Position numbers and translations under genes: made by a program
Shown here: one piece after another, positions 6,099 through 14,123 of the stretch
How positions within the stretch are numbered: the stretch's first letter is position 1
How the letters are laid out: each line of letters starts with the position of its first letter
Notes under the pieces: model-generated
The model's database searches: none
The model's input: the letters and a program-made list of their open reading frames with translations, nothing else
Told to the model about the DNA's origin: nothing
Assembly (NCBI GenBank): GCA_019058275.1
Contig: JAHLVW010000095.1
Span: 1 to 16,406, forward strand
Origin: Candidatus Heimdallarchaeota archaeon
Lineage (GTDB): Archaea; Asgardarchaeota; Heimdallarchaeia; JABLTI01
DNA: 16,406 bases
Reading direction: 5' to 3'

Positions 6099-8509
6099 AA
6101 GTTACTAAATGGAAAGCTGCTATAATTTCCACAGGTAGAGATTTGAAATATTTGAGAAGCTCAGTTTTTTCATACTTAAAAAAGAGAAAATTTGAGGTAA
6201 TAGCATATGAAAAGACAGGATATCCAGTTGAACCATCAGTATCAGCTCACGAAGCATGTATTGTAGCACTTAAAGAATGTGATATTATTATATTATTAAT
6301 AGATAAATCATATGGTACCTTTTTTTTGGATGAAAATATTTCTATTACTGAAACTGAATATAATGAATCTGCTAAATTAGGCAAAATAATTATACCTTGT
6401 ATAAATCAAAAAGCTGATCAAGATAGAAATACAATTTTGAAAGCAATTAAACAAATCAAAGAAAAAAAAGGAATTACAGAAGATAAAGCAAAAACTCTAG
6501 TTTCTCCGCATTATGTAGATTCTTGGAATGTTATTGATTTTATTACAAATGTTTATGATGCCGATAAAGATAATTGGGTTATAAAATTTAGTACGCAAGA
6601 TGATTTACTGCCAAATTTAGAGAGTAGATTGAAGGGATTAACTAGAGCTATTTATACTAAATGCTTAGAGTCACAAGTTAAAGCCATAAAAAGACAAAAA
6701 ACTGTCACATTGTCATTATCCTTAGATGATATAATTAATAAAGGATATTTTATAGAACCTGAATATGAGGTGCAAAGTGGTGTTGAAAAAGGTGGTTTGT
6801 TGCAAGATTGTAATATTGGAAAAAGTAAACAACATATTATGCTCATTGGAAAACCTGGATTGGGAAAGAGTACATTATTGTCAAAATCATTTATTGAGAA
6901 TGCTGAACAATGTTTGAATGACAAATCTACTGAAATTCCAATATATATTTCATTAAGAGGAAGGGGAACATCATATCATTTTGATTATAATAAATTTAAT
7001 AATGAATATTTCAAATTATATATTGGGAAAGAGATTTATCCCTTATTAGATGAATCAAAAATTACTCGGTTATTCTATATAGATGGATTTGATGAAATTT
7101 CAGAAATACCTTCCTCTTTAGATAGAGACTTGATAAATTCTTCATTATTTTTCGCAGAACCTTTTGTATTGTGTATAAGGACAAGATTTGCGGAAAAAGT
7201 TGTTAAGAAACTTAGTATAGATGATAAATGTGATTTAATTATCAAGCTTTTACCTTGGCACAAAGAGAAAGCTTGGAATTATATAGAAGAATACTGTAGA
7301 ATTCGAAATAAAGAAAAATTATATGAAAAGATCTATGATTCTTATTTTGATAATGATGAATTAAGAGATATTTTTGAAAGTCCATTATTCATAATGATGT
7401 TTTTAATGCTAATTGAAGAACCAAGTATAAAATTACCATTAGATAAAATTAATATAGTTTTTCTTTATAGCGAGTTCATAAATCAATGGATAATTAGAGA
7501 GATTATTAGGGCAGGAGATGACGAATTAGAAAGCATTAAACGCGATATTTTGGATGCTTTGAAATTCACTGCTTGGTATTTTTATAAAAGTCGCTTTGAA
7601 TCAGAAATTCATTTTGTTAATAAAGAAAAAATTTCTGAATATTTGAGCAAAATTGATTCGAATTTACCTAGTGTAATTTCCAAACAGGCTTTTACCTCAC
7701 TTCTAGATATAAAACCTTATACAAATGAAATAAATGGGTTTATTCATGAACAATTTATGGAATATTTAATTGCAGAAAAATTCATTGAGTGTAGTTATAC
7801 TAAAGATTATCCATTTAAGGAATATTTGGGATATGAAATTCGGTGGGAAATTAATAGATTAATAAAATCTATTTGGAAAATAAAAAGTTTAGAATATTTG
7901 AGGATTATACTAGATAATTTGTGGTCTTTTTATGAGGAAATTGTCCATAGTAATGAGAAAAGTAATTTAGCAATTAGAAACCATATTATGTACTATATAG
8001 GAAGATTACCTATCAAAGAAGCTAAGAGAAAATTATTAATAGCTGATGATATTGAGAAAGATGTTTTTGTGAAACTTTCTATAGCATTTGGACTTATAAA
8101 GCTGTCTGATTATAAAAAGGAGGATGAATTTTATACTTTACTAAAAAGTGATGATTTATTTGATAAAGCAAATAGGGGATATCATTTAGTATATTATAGA
8201 GATTGGAATATTAAAAATGAACAACCACCTTATTTAGATACAGGTCAACATAAATGGGATGCAACATTTCAAGCACTAAGAAATCATTTGCTTAGCAAAG
8301 AACCACGTCACCTAACTTTAAGAAGAGTAGAATATTTTACACTAAAAAGATTTATTGAAGTAAGAAAGAAGAGTGAACCCTTGAGTAAGGAAGATCTGAA
8401 ATTGTTTGAAAATGCAATTACGGATATTGAAAATAAAGATTTTAGAGATAAAGCTTATGCAGAATTTAAAAAGTTGAAAAAAGTTTGGAAGAAATATCTT
8501 AGTAAATAA
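6095..8509 (+). CDS. DUF4062 (TIR/nucleoside-deoxyribosyltransferase-like) - NACHT/STAND NTPase - helical repeat protein (NLR-like)
   Basis: N-terminus IISTGRDL...CDIIILLIDKSYG...SITETEY fits the DUF4062 pattern. Walker A GKPGLGKST (6848-6874), Walker B FYIDGFDE, sensor IRTR, SPLF (GxP-equivalent) and winged-helix GFIHEQFMEYLIA. HEAT-like C-terminus (YYIGRL...FVKLSIAFGL...NRGYHLVYYRD). ATGA overlap with the methyltransferase stop. Confidence 0.87.
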   Translation: MKVTKWKAAIISTGRDLKYLRSSVFSYLKKRKFEVIAYEKTGYPVEPSVSAHEACIVALKECDIIILLIDKSYGTFFLDENISITETEYNESAKLGKIIIPCINQKADQDRNTILKAIKQIKEKKGITEDKAKTLVSPHYVDSWNVIDFITNVYDADKDNWVIKFSTQDDLLPNLESRLKGLTRAIYTKCLESQVKAIKRQKTVTLSLSLDDIINKGYFIEPEYEVQSGVEKGGLLQDCNIGKSKQHIMLIGKPGLGKSTLLSKSFIENAEQCLNDKSTEIPIYISLRGRGTSYHFDYNKFNNEYFKLYIGKEIYPLLDESKITRLFYIDGFDEISEIPSSLDRDLINSSLFFAEPFVLCIRTRFAEKVVKKLSIDDKCDLIIKLLPWHKEKAWNYIEEYCRIRNKEKLYEKIYDSYFDNDELRDIFESPLFIMMFLMLIEEPSIKLPLDKINIVFLYSEFINQWIIREIIRAGDDELESIKRDILDALKFTAWYFYKSRFESEIHFVNKEKISEYLSKIDSNLPSVISKQAFTSLLDIKPYTNEINGFIHEQFMEYLIAEKFIECSYTKDYPFKEYLGYEIRWEINRLIKSIWKIKSLEYLRIILDNLWSFYEEIVHSNEKSNLAIRNHIMYYIGRLPIKEAKRKLLIADDIEKDVFVKLSIAFGLIKLSDYKKEDEFYTLLKSDDLFDKANRGYHLVYYRDWNIKNEQPPYLDTGQHKWDATFQALRNHLLSKEPRHLTLRRVEYFTLKRFIEVRKKSEPLSKEDLKLFENAITDIENKDFRDKAYAEFKKLKKVWKKYLSK

Positions 8510-8561
8510 ATCGCTTAATAAAAATATAAACAAAAATCACTAAAATTATGTTTTTTAGAAC

Positions 8562-8587
8562 AAAAATTATATTTTATGACTTTATAA
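8562..8587 (+). promoter_or_regulatory. Candidate BRE/TATA region for the 8622 gene
   Basis: AAAAATTATATTT (8562-8574) and TTTATAA (8581-8587) lie upstream of a purine-rich leader and ATG 8622. Confidence 0.3.
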
Positions 8588-8621
8588 CAAACACAGCGCG
8601 TATGAAAGAAGGGAAGAAAGA

Positions 8622-9569
8622 ATGATATTACCGAAATATGTTGCCGTACAAGCATACCTAGAGGCTACAGGAACAGCCTTTGCAGAACTAAGGTATATAG
8701 AACCATTGATAGAAAAAATACTGGAAATGAAAGAAATAACTGCTGAGTATGGCAGAGAAATACTAGGACACAAAAGTGATGTGGCAAAAACGATCTTTAA
8801 CCTATTCCAGCACATAGGCATCATAAAGAGAAGACTGGATCCCGAAGCAAATGTCGAGTACTTCTCATTGACGAATTATGGAAGGTTCGTGTTAGAGAAC
8901 AAGAAGAAAGGACAATCAATCATTCAACCGCTAACCTCGTTCTTCCTTACTTGGTTGCCATTCAAGATCTTTCTAAAGTATCTGTTGCGTAACCCCGGGG
9001 CAGAACTAAACGAAGTGAGGACAAACCTAGGATCGCAGGTAGTAAAACATACAACAGATATCAAGAATTTGATTCAATCGGACATTATTCGAAGAGGAGC
9101 ATACATTCCCTTCAATGAGATGGTTATTGGGAAGGTGCTATCAAACGTTGGGGAATACCTAGGGTTGGTCAATTGTGATAAGTCCAGTGGACCCTACTAC
9201 TTGAGCCCGTTAGGAAAGTATGTTACTAATTCGATCGATTTTCAGAATTTCCAATTTAAGAATTTGGATCCGAAACTAAATCCCTCTCATCTAGCACTGA
9301 TGGATTTTGTTGAAAGAGGGTTGAAGAATATCATAGTCTTCGCAAACACAAACGAGATTGAACATATGAAGAAGTTCTACCAACACTATGCTGAGAAGAT
9401 GAAAATAAAGCATGTCGTACGAATTGTTTACAATAAGAGTAATTTCAATGCAGTCATTTCCTTGGATAGTGCTTTCTGGAGTTTTACCTATAGATTCTCA
9501 AATATTACATACGACCAAATAAAAGTGCTCGAGTTCAACTCCAAAGTAATGGATTATCTTGAAGTATGA
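8622..9569 (+). CDS. Hypothetical protein with probable tandem winged helix-turn-helix domains
   Basis: 315-aa ORF with GC content like the M20 gene. Two similar helix-G-hydrophobic-wing signatures: LFQHIGII...YFSLTNYGRFV and VGEYLGLV...YYLSPLGKYV. C-terminal domain not recognised. Confidence 0.6.
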   Translation: MILPKYVAVQAYLEATGTAFAELRYIEPLIEKILEMKEITAEYGREILGHKSDVAKTIFNLFQHIGIIKRRLDPEANVEYFSLTNYGRFVLENKKKGQSIIQPLTSFFLTWLPFKIFLKYLLRNPGAELNEVRTNLGSQVVKHTTDIKNLIQSDIIRRGAYIPFNEMVIGKVLSNVGEYLGLVNCDKSSGPYYLSPLGKYVTNSIDFQNFQFKNLDPKLNPSHLALMDFVERGLKNIIVFANTNEIEHMKKFYQHYAEKMKIKHVVRIVYNKSNFNAVISLDSAFWSFTYRFSNITYDQIKVLEFNSKVMDYLEV

Positions 9570-9597
9570 TAAGGGTGCTATGCTCTTAGCAAAGAAC

Positions 9598-11250
9598 TCA
9601 ATTTTCCTCTTTTAGTATTCCATCCCGATTTATTTTACCATCAACAAGCTCGATAACTCGCATTCCTTTTTGAATTAGATTTATATCATGTGTTGAAAGC
9701 AGTATTGTTTTCTTTTGATCTCGATGTAGTTGGAATAAATTCTGTATGACAAGTTTTGCTAGGTCGGAATCTAAATTCGCAGTTGGTTCATCAAAAACAA
9801 ATATCTTTGGAGATTTATAAAATGATACAGCAAGGGAAGCTCTTTGCAATTCCCCAGCAGAAATCTCTGATGGAAATGAATTTTGACGATGAAGAATGTG
9901 AAAGAGAGTTAAGAGTTTGGAAAAATTGTCTTTATTTAATTGAGTTTTCTTTTGTTTAAAAGCAAAAACATCTTTTAAATAGAGATTTTCTTCGACAGTC
10001 AAAAATGGATGAAGATTACCATGTTGCATAACAATACCAAAATGATTCCTTCTGAAATATGCTTTTTCATTATCTGAGAATTGAGTAAAATGTTCATTCA
10101 AAAGAAATATTTCACCTTTGGATTCTCCTTCAAGACCTGTGAGGACTTTAAGCAAAGTACTTTTTCCTGAACCACTAGGACCGACAATGAAGATGAATTC
10201 ACCCGAATGCACACTTAAATTGATGTCCGATAAAGCTTGTACATCTCCTCCTAATGGCCTGTAGGTTTTTGAAAGATTCTTAGTTTCAATAATAATATCT
10301 TGTTCTTTATGATAGTCATTTTGTAAATTTTCTAGAATGAGTTCTCTTCTAAGTTTCGTTTTTTCTTCTAACGTGACTTTCTCAGGGACGATGTTATTTG
10401 GGTGTTTTAAGGTAACTTGACTTTCTTCATTCATTTCAAGCTGAACATTGTCCTCAAATTTCAGTGTTTTGTAAATTAACTCGGGGATTCGTATGCTTTT
10501 TGATGAATCAATATGCCTCTTAAATTTCAATGGAAATTCAGTTTGGTCTGTTTTATCTTCTTTCTCCAATATCGCTGAGACACGTCCATCTCTAATGATA
10601 TAGGTTTTATCAACACCTTCAAGAAACCGTAAATCATGGGTAACAACAATGACAGTAGTGTGGTATTTCTCGGAAACTTTGGATAGCATATCTTTAACTT
10701 TCTTAGTATTTTCACCATCTAGTTGTCCAGTAGGCTCATCACATAATAGAACTGGAGCTTTCTTAGCAATTGCACAAGCAATAGCTACTCGAATCATCTC
10801 CCCTCCTGCCAAAGTCTTAGCTAATCTTGAAGTGAGATGATCAATGCCTAAATCATTCATGATTCGCTTGTTTCTTTGCTCAATTGTTGGAGTAAGATCC
10901 TTCTTATCTAAAGTACTATACAATGAGAGATTTTCCTTAACTTTTACATTTAGAAATAAATTCCTTTCAGGGAATTGATCCACTAGACTGATTTTTTTCA
11001 AACGATAAGAAGACAAATCCCTAATAGATAGTTTTTCAAGATTAATTCCATCAACCTTCACTGTTCCACTAGAAATAGTCTCTTGCCCTGCTAGAATATT
11101 GATAAGAGTAGTCTTCCCAGAACCACTGGGACCAATAAAAGTAACCAATTCACCTTTTTTCACTTGAAAATCACAACCTCTTAGTGCTGGAATTCTCAAT
11201 TGTCTCTGTTCATCTTCATAGATTTTTATCAAGTCAAAGCATTCAATCAT
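9598..11250 (-). CDS. ABC transporter ATP-binding protein with two LolD/MacB-type ATPase domains and an AbrB-like linker
   Basis: Domain 1: GPSGSGKTT, LAGGE, LLCDEPTGQLD, VTHD. Domain 2: GPSGSGKST, ISAGE, FVFDEPTANLD, STHD. Linker HIDSSKSIRIPELIYKTL. SD GAGGAG at 11258-11263. Confidence 0.93.
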   Translation of the reverse strand: MIECFDLIKIYEDEQRQLRIPALRGCDFQVKKGELVTFIGPSGSGKTTLINILAGQETISSGTVKVDGINLEKLSIRDLSSYRLKKISLVDQFPERNLFLNVKVKENLSLYSTLDKKDLTPTIEQRNKRIMNDLGIDHLTSRLAKTLAGGEMIRVAIACAIAKKAPVLLCDEPTGQLDGENTKKVKDMLSKVSEKYHTTVIVVTHDLRFLEGVDKTYIIRDGRVSAILEKEDKTDQTEFPLKFKRHIDSSKSIRIPELIYKTLKFEDNVQLEMNEESQVTLKHPNNIVPEKVTLEEKTKLRRELILENLQNDYHKEQDIIIETKNLSKTYRPLGGDVQALSDINLSVHSGEFIFIVGPSGSGKSTLLKVLTGLEGESKGEIFLLNEHFTQFSDNEKAYFRRNHFGIVMQHGNLHPFLTVEENLYLKDVFAFKQKKTQLNKDNFSKLLTLFHILHRQNSFPSEISAGELQRASLAVSFYKSPKIFVFDEPTANLDSDLAKLVIQNLFQLHRDQKKTILLSTHDINLIQKGMRVIELVDGKINRDGILKEEN

Positions 11251-11254
11251 TTTT

Positions 11255-14107
11255 CTACTCCTCTTTTATTGGTTTGTAATTTCTAATTTGTGGGAATAAT
11301 CCTATGAAATAAGTTAGCAATAGTGGCAATCCTAAAGGAAAGATTAAGAAAATATATAGCCAATTTCCACCCCATGAAAAGTTTGCATAAGGGACTGGAA
11401 AGTTAAACAGCATTGGCATGAGGATTGCTAATAAACCCAAACCCACACCTATTGAAATGAGTATTGGTACAAACGATGCTACAATGAATTCAAACAAGAA
11501 ACTCAACAGAAGCTGGCTTTTAGCAGCTCCAACTCGAATACTTGACTCAATGATTTTTATTCGTTGCAGATAAACATTCCTTGCTAAAAAGTAGCAGAAC
11601 ATACAAAGTATCATTATTGAAAGAATAATGTTAAGAATAGCGATATTTTGTTTCCAGAATATGAATGGGAAATTAATCTGTTCAGCAAAATGCTCTTTAT
11701 CAAATGCATTTAGATTTGTTTCTTGATAGATTTGTTCTTTGGTTGTAGTGAGGTTAGCATTATCTTCTATTTTTAGCAAGAGATAGGTTTCCTCTTCTAC
11801 TGGTTCAGTCATAGCAGTGCTTTTAATATGGGTTAAAGTATTGAAATTTGTTACTAGATTATATTGAATGATATTTTTCTGAAACATTTTACCATTATCA
11901 GGCAAACTTAGAAGAGGAAATGATTTGAAACTTGCTATATAATTTAGTGGAAACCGCTCATAATATGTAGATGTGAAATCATCATTGTAGAGGATTTCAT
12001 CTTTATCATAACCATTATTCTTTGAATATGTGTAGTCCATTAGATATGTGTTATCTACCTCTAAAGCAATTATAGCTTCAAGTGAGCAATATAATTCATC
12101 TATGAAATCATTTGAACTGATGATTTGAATAAATTCAGTAATATTATTAATAGCTAATATCGACACTTGAATTCTAGTTAATAGTGGGGGATCAATTAGC
12201 AATTCAAAATGACACTTACTAACTTCTGCTGAATATTCAATCTCATCAATAGCCATGATACTTTCTCTAATGGTTTGATTTGCAACCCAATCAGAGATAA
12301 CAAGATCTGAATAACCAGACCGTAATTCTGATTCATATTCGAAATGTCTTGGATAAGATTTATTTAAAATTAATCCTGGTGTAACTGCTAAGGCAAAAAT
12401 CATCAAACTAAGTACGATGTTACGAAATGGCATATAGCTCATTGAAAAATTCTTCAGCGAGAAAGTAAACAAATTCTTTTTCAAAACCCAAATTTTCTTC
12501 CCAATAAAGCTCCATAATTTTACAATTAGTTTGGATATCAAAAGGAAGATGATTATTCCTAACACTAAGAAGCCAAAATAGATTAGACTAGTAAATAAAA
12601 TAGTTGTAGAATAAATTGTAACAGGGGACCGATATCCTATATAGCTTAGAAATAAACCAAGAAATCCTATACTTATACAAAGTGAGCTGGGTAGTAACAA
12701 TATAACTTCAATGAAAGTAAATATCTTCCTTATTCTCTTTGTTCTTTGTTTTTTGAATAATTCAGATTTAGAGCGATTAAGCATCTTTAATAGTTTGTTA
12801 TCAAATAAGTACCCACCAATATAGAGAGCCAACATTAGAATCACAGTTGGAATAATAAATAGTGACTCACCCAAACCAGCAAAGATATTCATACCTATAA
12901 CTGATTTCCAAGTAATTGACAGAATTACTAGACCAATAATAATCCCTAACAACATTCCCATGAATATACTACAAAAAACAAAAAGGCTCTTTTCAAGCAG
13001 TATAACTTTTCGAATTCTTTTATCCTCTAAACCTTGATTTTTTAAGAGAAGTATTGATTGTTCAAAGACTCTTTTATCAATATTAGATATATCAAATACT
13101 AGAAGTAATAGTAAGAAAATAATTGGCAAGCTAAGCAACAAAATACGATTCGTTTCTTGAAGCCAATATTCATGATATGAATTCAATCTTGTAGAAAGAT
13201 CAAGAAATGGGCTAAAGCGATTCCAAGGACCATGAAAATCCGAAAACTCTTCAAAATAGTGAATGAGCTCTTTTGATTCAAGAGCTAAATCATTATAATT
13301 AATGTCGATTGCAATACCCTTTATACTACTAACAATCGGAAAATTATTGATAAACTCAAAGAAGAACTCCTGCTTTGAAATAAATTTTCCTTTCAATTTA
13401 AATTCATCAAATTCCTCGTGGTCAATATAGTCTTCCCAATTAGGGATATCAGCAGAATAACCCGCTTGATGGAAAAGAACATCTAAATTTGAGACAATCC
13501 CAACAATTGTTACTTGCTGATTTGTTATTGGATACATAGTACCAGCTGTATTTAGATTGACAGTATCATTTATCTCGAATATAGGCGATGAATCATATTC
13601 AGTATAATATAATACCTCACTCATATTGGCTGGCATTCGTCCTGAAATGAGATTGCCCAGAATTAGTTGATACATTACATCAGAGAATGTATAATAACCA
13701 TATGCATTATCGAGAATTGGATTATACCGATTTTCATATACTTGAAAAGCATATAACCAGGAATAGTTGTCTGTCATCAAATTTGGAGCAATACTGTTTA
13801 GAGTGCTTTTCATAGAATTTAGTAATTCAGTAATATCAGAGAGAGAATAATCAGGTTCTCCGGAAGTAACTATTGATATATAAACACTAATTGATGCATC
13901 ATCATACCAATCATTTCTCTGATGATATTCTTGAAAAGCTTGCTCCCTATTATTATACCATACAACTGAAAAGGTGGTTAAAAGTATAAAGATTAAAGAT
14001 GCAGTTAGAATAGTAAGGAAGAAACGTTTTCTATTTGTTCTTAGAAAAGTTCTAAAAAGAATAAGAAAACCATTTTTTCTCAAGCTTGTTATTTTCTTTA
14101 GTACCAT
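11255..14107 (-). CDS. FtsX/MacB-like ABC transporter permease (two-repeat, multi-pass membrane protein)
   Basis: 950 aa with alternating TM bundles and large extracytoplasmic domains. GRMP...EV and TIVGI MacB-type motifs, FtsX-like LLKNQGL..KRI and IRVGAAKSQLL..FLFE. SD GGAGG at 14116-14120; adjacent to the ATPase. Confidence 0.85.
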   Translation of the reverse strand: MVLKKITSLRKNGFLILFRTFLRTNRKRFFLTILTASLIFILLTTFSVVWYNNREQAFQEYHQRNDWYDDASISVYISIVTSGEPDYSLSDITELLNSMKSTLNSIAPNLMTDNYSWLYAFQVYENRYNPILDNAYGYYTFSDVMYQLILGNLISGRMPANMSEVLYYTEYDSSPIFEINDTVNLNTAGTMYPITNQQVTIVGIVSNLDVLFHQAGYSADIPNWEDYIDHEEFDEFKLKGKFISKQEFFFEFINNFPIVSSIKGIAIDINYNDLALESKELIHYFEEFSDFHGPWNRFSPFLDLSTRLNSYHEYWLQETNRILLLSLPIIFLLLLLVFDISNIDKRVFEQSILLLKNQGLEDKRIRKVILLEKSLFVFCSIFMGMLLGIIIGLVILSITWKSVIGMNIFAGLGESLFIIPTVILMLALYIGGYLFDNKLLKMLNRSKSELFKKQRTKRIRKIFTFIEVILLLPSSLCISIGFLGLFLSYIGYRSPVTIYSTTILFTSLIYFGFLVLGIIIFLLISKLIVKLWSFIGKKIWVLKKNLFTFSLKNFSMSYMPFRNIVLSLMIFALAVTPGLILNKSYPRHFEYESELRSGYSDLVISDWVANQTIRESIMAIDEIEYSAEVSKCHFELLIDPPLLTRIQVSILAINNITEFIQIISSNDFIDELYCSLEAIIALEVDNTYLMDYTYSKNNGYDKDEILYNDDFTSTYYERFPLNYIASFKSFPLLSLPDNGKMFQKNIIQYNLVTNFNTLTHIKSTAMTEPVEEETYLLLKIEDNANLTTTKEQIYQETNLNAFDKEHFAEQINFPFIFWKQNIAILNIILSIMILCMFCYFLARNVYLQRIKIIESSIRVGAAKSQLLLSFLFEFIVASFVPILISIGVGLGLLAILMPMLFNFPVPYANFSWGGNWLYIFLIFPLGLPLLLTYFIGLFPQIRNYKPIKEE

Positions 14108-14123
14108 TTAACTTTCCTCCTTT

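Noticed and set aside
3536-8509. Calling the cassette a classical restriction-modification, BREX or DISARM locus
   Set aside because: No recognisable endonuclease, helicase, specificity subunit, PglZ or BrxC-type gene.
8548-8625. 25-codon ORF (MFFRTK...MKEGKKE*) whose TGA overlaps the ATG at 8622
   Set aside because: It runs through the presumed TATA region and has no SD or motif. The ATGA overlap is plausibly chance, although a remnant of an upstream gene cannot be excluded.
5018-8824. Minus-strand ORFs at 5018, 5870, 6652, 7075, 8342 and 8582
   Set aside because: Antisense shadows of the cassette genes and the 8622 gene, with no recognisable motifs.
9570-9597. Possible bidirectional terminator between the convergent genes (TGCTA/TAGCA stem)
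   Set aside because: The stem is only 5 bp, or relies on several G-U pairs, and there is no clear T-tract.
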